A stretch of 64,000 bases of DNA from a virus, in the IMG/VR virus record IMGVR_UViG_3300025133_000022, positions 96,001-160,000 of that record; one strand, given 5' to 3'. Both the position numbers and the translations under genes were made by a program. Each line of letters opens with the position of its first letter. Position 1 is the first letter of the stretch. Below the pieces are notes generated by a model. It was not told where the DNA came from. It made no database searches and saw nothing but the letters and a program-made list of their open reading frames with translations. Shown here piece after piece: positions 26,497 to 34,198 of the stretch.

Positions 26497-27355
26497 GTAC
26501 CTTGGTGGACTCATCTTGCTTATTTTGATCTTTAGCTCAGGTTGGCTCTTGCGAGGCATATCAGCAGACTCCAACATAGAGAGTCTGCTGAAGAACCACG
26601 AGATCGAATTGCAAAAAATCAAAGTGGTCCACACACGTAACAGTACATTAATTGAAGAACTAGAGGTTGCTGGTGCTAATCGTGCTGTATTGCTTGATGA
26701 AATCGCTAGTCTGAAAAGCAAGCCTACTGAAATCAGATACATCACCAAGGTAGAAACAATCATAGTGGGCGAACCCACGTTCGTCACCACAGAGTTGCCA
26801 GAATCACACACGTTCCGCACCGATATCGGTCTTGCCGTAGCTGAGTTTTCAGTTGAAGGTGAAAACGATCAGCCGGAGTACGTGTTCGACACCGCTGACC
26901 TCAAAATCGAAGCTGACTTCGTCATTGCTGAGCACGATAGCGCACTTAGCCTACGAATCACCAGCGACCTAGAACCAGGCACCCAATATGAGGTGCCAGT
27001 GGATGAACTAAATGTCAAACACATCAAAGAACAAAAGCTCTTCGACCCCCATGTCCTGCTGGGAGGAAGCATCTCGGCAGGCACAGGAACGATTGGACTG
27101 GCACCTCATGTCGGTCTGTCTCTCCTGCATGCTAGAAGGGGACTCGATCTGGTGCAAATCCGGCTTGGATCTACCGGCGAGCGAACAAATAGCACAACTG
27201 GGAGTGAGTCTAGATTTTCTATCGGGCTCGACCCAGTACTCTACAACATCGGTGACAGCCTGCCTGTCCTCACCAACTGCTGGCTCGGCGGAGGAGCCAC
27301 CATTGACACCAGCGGGCAACTTAGCGGAACCCTCAGTTTCGGTGCCAAACTCTGA
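26474..27355 (+). CDS. membrane-anchored protein (N-terminal TM, coiled coil, C-terminal amphipathic beta-strands); spanin-like candidate
   Basis: TM LGGLILLILIFSSGWLL; C-terminus WLGGGATIDTSGQLSGTLSFGAKL. Confidence 0.6.
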   Translation: MNLNQRLKYLGGLILLILIFSSGWLLRGISADSNIESLLKNHEIELQKIKVVHTRNSTLIEELEVAGANRAVLLDEIASLKSKPTEIRYITKVETIIVGEPTFVTTELPESHTFRTDIGLAVAEFSVEGENDQPEYVFDTADLKIEADFVIAEHDSALSLRITSDLEPGTQYEVPVDELNVKHIKEQKLFDPHVLLGGSISAGTGTIGLAPHVGLSLLHARRGLDLVQIRLGSTGERTNSTTGSESRFSIGLDPVLYNIGDSLPVLTNCWLGGGATIDTSGQLSGTLSFGAKL

Positions 27356-27485
27356 GTACGTTAGCTTCAGCAGCGTCGACATCAAAGCTATCATGGACGG
27401 AAAGGTAGTCGGGGTGTTGCAAGAGATCAAGTACGGCACCCGCGAACCAGTGGGTATTTGGAGGATGAATGAAGATCATAATTGA
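27342..27485 (+). CDS. 47-aa ORF resembling a tail-tube N-terminus
   Basis: GTG start overlapping the previous stop; YVSFSSVDIKAIMDGKVVGVLQEIKYGTREP. Confidence 0.45.
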   Translation: MPNSEYVSFSSVDIKAIMDGKVVGVLQEIKYGTREPVGIWRMNEDHN

Positions 27486-27786
27486 AATCGACGACAAGGG
27501 AGCAGGCACCTACCAGCAAGACGACGAAGAACCACGTCCATGCACCATGACCAACATGAGCCAAAGCACCGAAGTCAAGCCAATTCACATGTTGGGCTCA
27601 CCAGCTGCTATTGAGTTCCTGAGGAGTCCCAACATGCAAGTTGACCTAAGCCTTCATGTCAGTCTTCCACGTCCTGAGAAAGCTACTCCGCTCCCAGAAA
27701 AGACTGCTTGGCCCCCTGCACAGACTGAAAGCGTCTGGGGCTACCGCAACTACTGCGACTGTGGGATCTGTTACGAGGAAGAGTAA
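27469..27786 (+). CDS. hypothetical protein
   Basis: GGAGG RBS. Contains PIHMLGSP...FLR and C-terminal CDCGIC. Confidence 0.65.
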   Translation: MKIIIEIDDKGAGTYQQDDEEPRPCTMTNMSQSTEVKPIHMLGSPAAIEFLRSPNMQVDLSLHVSLPRPEKATPLPEKTAWPPAQTESVWGYRNYCDCGICYEEE

Positions 27787-28526
27787 TGATGGCGACAGGC
27801 GGACAAGCCTTATCTGAAGAGCGGCTGAGAGCATACTTTAAATGCTCTCAGCTATTTTACTTCGGAGGCACAGCAGAACCTAACTTGCCAAACAAAATGG
27901 CTCAGATCGCTGTGGAATATTACATGAGCAGCAAGCTCAGAAGCCCACAACGTGACAGAGCCTACCTGGTAAGTAAAGCTATTTTGCATGCAGCCAAACT
28001 CTGCAACTTAGACACCAAATATCTGGTTGGCCAACAGCAACAACTGGTTAACCGTACAACCCTGTGGCTTGATGAATTCTTGAAGCTATTTAAAGCAAAC
28101 ATCTACTATCCAGTAACAGGACCTCTGCCTTGGCGAAAAACAATAAGTCGAACAACTATTGATCTAAAAATCAGCGGCATCTTCAGAACAACAAAGAATC
28201 AAACGCTCCATGTAATTTCCTTCAGTCCGTTTAGCGACAGGCAGTCACAAGTAAATGATCCAATTCTACATCTCAAAACACAAGCACTGCAGAACTTTGT
28301 AAAGAACCACCCATCGCGCCCACGAACAACAGTGCATATGTTATGGGTGCAAAGAAATGGAACACTTGGTCATGATTTTATTACTAGCAAATCAATAAAC
28401 CCAGACTATGCAGATGCAATCACAAGAAAAATAAAACAAGCAGAACAAGGAGACTACATACCTTTGCTTCCCTGCCCTTACCAATGCGCCTTCAAAAGCA
28501 AGTGCTACCCAGGAGAAAACAAGTGA
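27786..28526 (+). CDS. degenerate PD-(D/E)XK / AddB-Cas4-like fold protein
   Basis: N-terminal LSEERLRAYFKCSQLFYF and C-terminal CPYQCAFKSKC. Catalytic acidic residues are not evident. Confidence 0.5.
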   Translation: MMATGGQALSEERLRAYFKCSQLFYFGGTAEPNLPNKMAQIAVEYYMSSKLRSPQRDRAYLVSKAILHAAKLCNLDTKYLVGQQQQLVNRTTLWLDEFLKLFKANIYYPVTGPLPWRKTISRTTIDLKISGIFRTTKNQTLHVISFSPFSDRQSQVNDPILHLKTQALQNFVKNHPSRPRTTVHMLWVQRNGTLGHDFITSKSINPDYADAITRKIKQAEQGDYIPLLPCPYQCAFKSKCYPGENK

Positions 28527-28825
28527 ATACCTTTGGTACTAAATTTATTATCATATCCGATATTGTCCAACCAGTCCCAGGCCTGGCTATAGGCAACCCA
28601 CCTGAACGAGTCATTCACCATGCTACAATTAAGCGTGGGTTCCAAGAATATGTAGTTCTGGCTTCAGCAACATCTGAAAAACTATACCTAAACAAAGTTG
28701 AACGCAACAGAGCTACCTTCGTGCTTCAAGCCATTGAAGACGATGAAGAATACAAGGATCTTGTGGCGTTTCTGACAGCATCAGGAATCTTCAATATGGG
28801 AGGTCCAAAAAAGTATGGCAATTAA
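28523..28825 (+). CDS. hypothetical protein
   Basis: GTG 28523 with an AGGAG RBS. Confidence 0.65.
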   Translation: MNTFGTKFIIISDIVQPVPGLAIGNPPERVIHHATIKRGFQEYVVLASATSEKLYLNKVERNRATFVLQAIEDDEEYKDLVAFLTASGIFNMGGPKKYGN

Positions 28826-29237
28826 AAGCAGATGGACAAACCAATTCAAGACTCTAACCAATCAATCCAAATTTCACGAAAAGGTACGCGCCATCCTGCA
28901 AGCAGACACTCTTCTTCGAGGCTTCAGTTGCTACCAAGAAATCCCCGTAAAGGATCTCTGTGAAAACTACCCCGACAACCATTACTTTGATTGGTATATT
29001 GAAGAACTGGGCACCGTAGTTGAGCTCCACGGAGCTCAACATTATAAAGTAGTTAATCGTGGCAATGTCTCGTACGAGCAAGCTCAACAAGACTTTCGTG
29101 GTATCCAATCACGTGACAAAAAGAAAAAGGCTGCTGCATTAGCAGCAGGTCTTAAATACGTAGAAGTCTCCTATAAGGAGTACGCAAAAATAAATGCAAC
29201 CAGATTCAAAGAGTTGCTATTCGAGGTAACAGCATGA
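28815..29237 (+). CDS. Vsr/DUF559-like endonuclease
   Basis: YQEIP, YFDWYI, VELHGAQHY, RDKKKK, LKYVEV. Confidence 0.75.
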   Translation: MAIKSRWTNQFKTLTNQSKFHEKVRAILQADTLLRGFSCYQEIPVKDLCENYPDNHYFDWYIEELGTVVELHGAQHYKVVNRGNVSYEQAQQDFRGIQSRDKKKKAAALAAGLKYVEVSYKEYAKINATRFKELLFEVTA

Positions 29238-29899
29238 AGCTCACATCAATTCTATCGAACGATACACCAGAAGAAATGGAAGATGGAGATGTTCTGTCAG
29301 CCCTGTTCGGCAGCACATCTCCTGGTTTCTGGCCAGGCGTTCCATCATTCTATGGCGTAGAAAATCGCGCAGTGCTAATCGCTGGAGAAATCAACGAAGT
29401 AGTAGCCAATAGTGTCATCGCCCAACTGCAACAACTACAAGCAGAAGATCCAGAAGCCCCTATTAGGGTATATGTCAACACTGTCGGAGGCGACGCGGCC
29501 AGTGGCTTCGCTCTGTATGACTGGATGCGTTGCTTAAGTACGCCAATTGTCGGAATTGCATATGGGCGCTGCAGCTCTGCAGGACTACCCATCTTTATGG
29601 GAGCTGACTTGCGATTCAGCACTCCTCGCTGTCGTTTCTTCTACCATGAAGTAGTTGGAGGCATGGGGGTAGCTTCTAGTGCTGAACTTGAAGAAGCATC
29701 CCAAAACTATACCTGGTGTCAAGAAACCATGAAAGATATCTTGATGACCAGATGCAAGAAAATCAACAAAACTTCATGGAAGAAACACTTTGCAGGCAAA
29801 ACCAGCTTCCATTTTGGTACTAAGTTTGCTTTAGAAATGGGCATTATTCATGACCAACTTATAGAAATTAAAAAGAAGGTCACCCTCGAGAAGGAGTGA
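29234..29899 (+). CDS. clpP: ClpP-like protease subunit 2 (catalytic Asp apparently absent)
   Basis: RAVLIAGEI, IRVYVNTVGGD...GFALYD, GRCSSAG, FFYHE, EMGIIHD. Confidence 0.8.
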   Translation: MKLTSILSNDTPEEMEDGDVLSALFGSTSPGFWPGVPSFYGVENRAVLIAGEINEVVANSVIAQLQQLQAEDPEAPIRVYVNTVGGDAASGFALYDWMRCLSTPIVGIAYGRCSSAGLPIFMGADLRFSTPRCRFFYHEVVGGMGVASSAELEEASQNYTWCQETMKDILMTRCKKINKTSWKKHFAGKTSFHFGTKFALEMGIIHDQLIEIKKKVTLEKE

Positions 29900-29902
29900 A
29901 GA

Positions 29903-30277
29903 ATGGCTAGTAGAGGAAGAGGAGCCCGAACAAAGGGCTTCCAATTTGAAAGAGACATTGCTAAAGCCTTCTCCGATACAACAGGAGAAGAATTCAAACG
30001 AGGACTTGGTCAAACAAGAGGGGGTGGGGCTGATGTGCCCGATGTGCTTCCGGCTTGTGGCGTACTCGCTGATCTCATTCATATCGAATGCAAAAGACAA
30101 AAACTATGTAGTATCAAGGGGGCAATGAAACAGGCCGTCGCTGATATCGGCGAATTTACCAAAGTCCCCATAGTGGTAACAAAAGACGATCGCAAGGAAA
30201 CGCTTGTAACAATGAAGTTTCAAGATTTCTTACCAATGTTCAACGCCTGGTTGCAGAACCAAAAACGAGAAACGTAA
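29903..30277 (+). CDS. Holliday junction resolvase (Hjc-like PD-(D/E)XK)
   Basis: RTKGFQFERDIAK, GGADVPDV, HIECKRQ. Confidence 0.8.
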   Translation: MASRGRGARTKGFQFERDIAKAFSDTTGEEFKRGLGQTRGGGADVPDVLPACGVLADLIHIECKRQKLCSIKGAMKQAVADIGEFTKVPIVVTKDDRKETLVTMKFQDFLPMFNAWLQNQKRET

Positions 30278-30957
30278 TGTTGTACAGGATTCTACCTACT
30301 GATTCTAGAGCTATGCCACTGGACTGTACATCTAGAGATTTCGCAATGGAATACCTTGCTTGTAGATTGAATCCAAAACAATCAACAAACAAACTACATG
30401 CATTAGTTATGCCATTTTTTGACCACTGGGTACGCATGCTGGTAGAGCCAGCGTACCCAAAAGATCTTAACTACATCGCCCTATGTCGCAGACTATGCTA
30501 CAAAAGCGAAGACCCGACAGAATTGCTACATTATTATATTAATTGGGCAAACAGAACAAGTTCTGTAAAAGAAGAACTTGTTTTTCTATTCTTTGAAAGG
30601 CTTCGTAACCTTAAATATTATCCAAAACTCGCAAGTCCAAAAATGGCCGAATACGTCATCGCAATGGACTTTCGCAACTATCTAAAAGATAGAATCGTCA
30701 GTAGTGTTAGGCACCCCATTGACATTCCCAACCCTGAGCTTACATTCAACTCGTTAAGAGTTGAAGACACACATCCAGATTACCTACTTCTAAAAACTTT
30801 AGGATTAGATGCCTGGGAAAGCTATGTGCTTGAATTATTGAAGCTGGGCATGAACACAATGGAAATCAGTGTGCTAACAAGACTGCCTAGAAAAACTTTT
30901 GCCAAAGAGGAAAATCAAATATGGCTCAAACTAAAACACAGATGGCAGGAAGCGTAA
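30277..30957 (+). CDS. hypothetical protein with C-terminal HTH-like segment
   Basis: LDAWESYVLELLKLGMNTMEISVLTRLPRKT resembles a sigma-region-4/LuxR-type HTH. Confidence 0.6.
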   Translation: MLYRILPTDSRAMPLDCTSRDFAMEYLACRLNPKQSTNKLHALVMPFFDHWVRMLVEPAYPKDLNYIALCRRLCYKSEDPTELLHYYINWANRTSSVKEELVFLFFERLRNLKYYPKLASPKMAEYVIAMDFRNYLKDRIVSSVRHPIDIPNPELTFNSLRVEDTHPDYLLLKTLGLDAWESYVLELLKLGMNTMEISVLTRLPRKTFAKEENQIWLKLKHRWQEA

Positions 30958-31421
30958 GTAACCAACAAGCGCTAGTGAAACGCCTGCTCGGAAACAACAA
31001 ACCTAAACCTACCAAAACAATTATTCCAGGTGGGCAAAACATCCTAGATGAAATCAGCCAAAGCATGCTTGAGCGCGCATTGTTAACCTATTTGCGACGT
31101 CATCGTTACTTTGAAAACTTTAAACTTTCTTTTGCTAAGGACCCAAAAGAATTAGATCTACAGGTTGAGAAAATCCAAAGTTTCCCTTATGACGGCAAGT
31201 ACGCCATTTGGGAATTGCCAGCTCAAGGCAAGAGATGGCTTGCTGAACAACTCGCAAAGATCCTAGTATCTCAAAAACTCGTATATATCGAAGCCCGATA
31301 TGACGGCCTATACGTAGCAACTGAAAAAGCCGAAACCAAATTTGGTCCCGGCACTGAGCAATGGGAACCTTTCTATGAAATGCTCCCAGCACGCATTAGT
31401 GAATACGCAATAGCACGATAA
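30921..31421 (+). CDS. hypothetical protein
   Basis: Last + strand gene before the terminator. Confidence 0.7.
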   Translation: MAQTKTQMAGSVSNQQALVKRLLGNNKPKPTKTIIPGGQNILDEISQSMLERALLTYLRRHRYFENFKLSFAKDPKELDLQVEKIQSFPYDGKYAIWELPAQGKRWLAEQLAKILVSQKLVYIEARYDGLYVATEKAETKFGPGTEQWEPFYEMLPARISEYAIAR

Positions 31422-31425
31422 GTTT

Positions 31426-31453
31426 AAAAAGACCTCCTTTACGGAGGTCTTTT
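31426..31453. terminator. bidirectional Rho-independent terminator at the strand switch
   Basis: AAAAAGACCTCC-TTTAC-GGAGGTCTTTT lies between convergent genes. Confidence 0.9.
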
Positions 31454-31670
31454 AAGTTAAGGGTTCTTCCTCAATAGACTCCACCCTAGACTCCAGTGAG
31501 CTAACTGTACTCCTGACATCTGCCATCTCAGTTTGTTGAATTGTTGTCAATTGATGCATTTGACTCATAGTCAAATAGTGCTCAGCTGCTACCAGCATAT
31601 CATTAATTGTTTCTTCAATCTTGGTCAGCCTAGCTAAAAGCCGATTGTATTGTTCGCTACTTACTGCCAT
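31452..31670 (-). CDS. small coiled-coil protein
   Basis: ATG 31670 with an AGGAG RBS. Confidence 0.7.
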   Translation of the reverse strand: MAVSSEQYNRLLARLTKIEETINDMLVAAEHYLTMSQMHQLTTIQQTEMADVRSTVSSLESRVESIEEEPLT

Positions 31671-32020
31671 TGTTGCTCCTCCCAGTGTTGTTCCCAAAAC
31701 GCTAAAGCAGACATCCCTTTGTCATCTACATAAAGCTCAGCGCTAGGTTTCCCAAAATAAATTTCATCGAACTCAAAGCCCCAAGCCCCAAGCTGCTCAA
31801 ATGTAATTGCAGCCACCTTGGCTTGCGCTGCACCCACATTACCATGAGCACTACCCATGCCGCGAGCCGTTTGGATAATAACAGTATGTCCTTGCTTTCG
31901 CATACTGCTTAGTATGTTGGCCGCTCCAGGAAGCGGCTGACACCTGGTGTAATCTGTACCCGCAGGGCCAGGCACATCGCCATCACATAGCGTACCGTCT
32001 AAATCAAAACAAATTCTCAC
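31661..32020 (-). CDS. HAD-superfamily phosphatase (capsule-biosynthesis type)
   Basis: ICFDLDGTL, IIQTARG, YFGKP...YVDDK. Confidence 0.85.
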   Translation of the reverse strand: MRICFDLDGTLCDGDVPGPAGTDYTRCQPLPGAANILSSMRKQGHTVIIQTARGMGSAHGNVGAAQAKVAAITFEQLGAWGFEFDEIYFGKPSAELYVDDKGMSALAFWEQHWEEQQWQ

Positions 32021-32586
32021 AGTCGAATTCTCCCATACCCACCAAGCTCAATCTCTTCTCTATAAGCAGAAGCAACAAGACCCCAGCTTGCAGGGTTGTA
32101 CAGCTCCTTGTACCCGCGTCCCGGTCTCTCCGAATTGGTTTTTAGCACAGATTTTATTTCTATTGGAAGTCCAACACGTTCAAAAATTTCAGGCCATGCA
32201 GTCTTAAAATCTTCGTATCGATAGATCTTGTCTACACCACGAACAATATGCGCGCTCTTGACCACCATTAAATTATCAACATCTTGTACCCATTCTCCAA
32301 ACGGCATGATTCCACGATAAGGAAAAAGGTGTGTGTGCCACCAGTGATAATAACTTGCTACCTGATCCCATGGATTCCTTAAAAAGCCAACGGCCCAATA
32401 ATCACTAGCCTGTGGGTAAGTAAGTAATGCTTCACGATACGAGCTATGCTTACTTAGATCTACCCCCTGCATTCGATTGCAAAAGTCTCCTTGCCCAAGT
32501 AAGGGGCTCACTGCAAATTCAATACTAGTAGTGGCTGTCCTAGGGGAAGCCACATATACAAACTTATATTTATGACTAACGATCAT
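32017..32586 (-). CDS. sulfotransferase family 2 protein
   Basis: MIVSHKYKFVYVASPRTATTSI (5'-PSB-like), FLRNPWDQVASYY (3'-PB-like), IYRYED. Confidence 0.8.
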   Translation of the reverse strand: MIVSHKYKFVYVASPRTATTSIEFAVSPLLGQGDFCNRMQGVDLSKHSSYREALLTYPQASDYWAVGFLRNPWDQVASYYHWWHTHLFPYRGIMPFGEWVQDVDNLMVVKSAHIVRGVDKIYRYEDFKTAWPEIFERVGLPIEIKSVLKTNSERPGRGYKELYNPASWGLVASAYREEIELGGYGRIRL

Positions 32587-33182
32587 TTTAGTTTCCTTAC
32601 CACCACTTCGATAGAATACTCTCCGCCACTATGAACGTGAGGTGGGCTGTCTGGCCTCTCTTGCAAGGTTCTAGCACTCAGAACCTTGTAGTTCATGCCT
32701 GGAGCAAGGGGGGCGAGCTGCTGTCCAAGCCAATGGACCAGCCCTATCGTATGAGGTAGCTCATAAAAATCTAACAAATAAAACCGCTTATGGTCACCAT
32801 TCCAACGACTTGGTAATGCCCGCTTCTTTTCATACAAATCTCGCTCAGGTACCATAATAATCATGTAACCACCTGGCTTAAGAATGCGCCACCAATTTTT
32901 CATTGCTGTTTCAGCATCTTCAATATGCTCAAGAAGATGACTTGCATGCACGTAGTCAAACTGCTCATCAGCAACATTTCTCATGAGAGTTGCGTCGCCC
33001 TGACCATGAATCATATCAAACATATATACTTCACCACCAGAATCAACAGGGTCAAAGCCACAGCCAATATCAATGCCCAAGCCTTGGCAATAGCTCTTAA
33101 AGAAGCCTTCGCGCTCTCTACGTGCATGAGCTTTTGTAGTTTCGTGCGGTTCCCGATTAAAATGAAAGTTGTATTGGGTCAT
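32583..33182 (-). CDS. class I SAM-dependent methyltransferase
   Basis: GIDIGCG, FDYVHASHLLEH, WWRILKPGGYMIIMVP. Confidence 0.88.
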   Translation of the reverse strand: MTQYNFHFNREPHETTKAHARREREGFFKSYCQGLGIDIGCGFDPVDSGGEVYMFDMIHGQGDATLMRNVADEQFDYVHASHLLEHIEDAETAMKNWWRILKPGGYMIIMVPERDLYEKKRALPSRWNGDHKRFYLLDFYELPHTIGLVHWLGQQLAPLAPGMNYKVLSARTLQERPDSPPHVHSGGEYSIEVVVRKLK

Positions 33183-34198
33183 AATAGTCTCGTGTACTGA
33201 TTAAAAATATCGTCTACCCTGATGTCCTTTAAGCATTTGAGCCCAAAAGGGCAAACTCTATACCAGCAAGGACAACAGTCTAAATGTAGACTCTGAATAG
33301 GTACGTGTGTTGGGTAATGTTGTGTGCGCGCCTGGTGTGGAATAGGTCCAAAGATAATAACACTCTTCGCACCTACGGCAGCAGCCACATGCATAGGCCC
33401 GCTATCCGGACCAACATACACATTGGCTTGCCTAATCAAAGAAGCCATCTGCCTTACTGTCGTTTTACTATAGTTGACTACATTTGGATGATCCTTCCAG
33501 GTTTTGATTCGCTGATTGAAATCAAAAACCCAGAAGATGGTTTGCTGCTGTTTTTCAGCAGCCATCTGCACAAGCTCAATATACTTTTCAGGAGGCCAAG
33601 ACCTCCTGTGTTCTTCACTGTCTACATGTAAAGCTACGACAGGGCCTGCATGCCCTGCACGAACCGCACCAGCCCAAGTAGCTTCAGCAGCCACTTCGTG
33701 ATAGCAAGGTACTGGGTGCTGCAAGTAGGGGATACCTAGACGTTGCTTAAACCAGTCGATACGTCCCTGGGTGCCATGCACTTCAACATTCATGATGTTT
33801 TTGTTGGCATTGCCAACGTAATCATATCTGCTCTCAGTCAACTGACTGATATTCACATGCTCATCGATCCAAGGACAATGCCTAACAATATCATAATAGA
33901 TGTCACCAGATTTACCCTTGCCTTTTCGATAGTAAGCTAAAGCTAAATGACAGTTGGGGAAAGTCTCTTTGATCTGTCGCAGAGACGGCAAAATCATAAT
34001 CTGATCCCCCAGACCGCAAAGTTCCTGGACAACGCATATCCGTCCTTCTGGATGCTTACGTAAATAAGCCCACAAGTGTGGAGTGCGTTTAGGAACAGAA
34101 ACAGCCTTGATGTCTCTACCCTTCCTTACCTTCTGCTTCTTAAGCAATGCGCGTCTCATAAGCCCTCCTGATCTCTGCAGCAACTGACTGAACTTCAA
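33179..34198 (-). CDS. glycosyltransferase family 9 (ADP-heptose transferase-like)
   Basis: GLGDQIMILPSL, RRSWPPEKY, YVGPDSGPMHVAAAVG, FGP, CCPCWYRVCP...KCL. Confidence 0.9.
   Translation of the reverse strand: MKFSQLLQRSGGLMRRALLKKQKVRKGRDIKAVSVPKRTPHLWAYLRKHPEGRICVVQELCGLGDQIMILPSLRQIKETFPNCHLALAYYRKGKGKSGDIYYDIVRHCPWIDEHVNISQLTESRYDYVGNANKNIMNVEVHGTQGRIDWFKQRLGIPYLQHPVPCYHEVAAEATWAGAVRAGHAGPVVALHVDSEEHRRSWPPEKYIELVQMAAEKQQQTIFWVFDFNQRIKTWKDHPNVVNYSKTTVRQMASLIRQANVYVGPDSGPMHVAAAVGAKSVIIFGPIPHQARTQHYPTHVPIQSLHLDCCPCWYRVCPFGLKCLKDIRVDDIFNQYTRLL

Noticed and set aside
27012-27341. Embedded Rz1-like o-spanin in the alternative frame of 26474-27355
   Set aside because: No signal peptide or lipobox. 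Only the last 47 codons (from GTG 27342) look protein-like.
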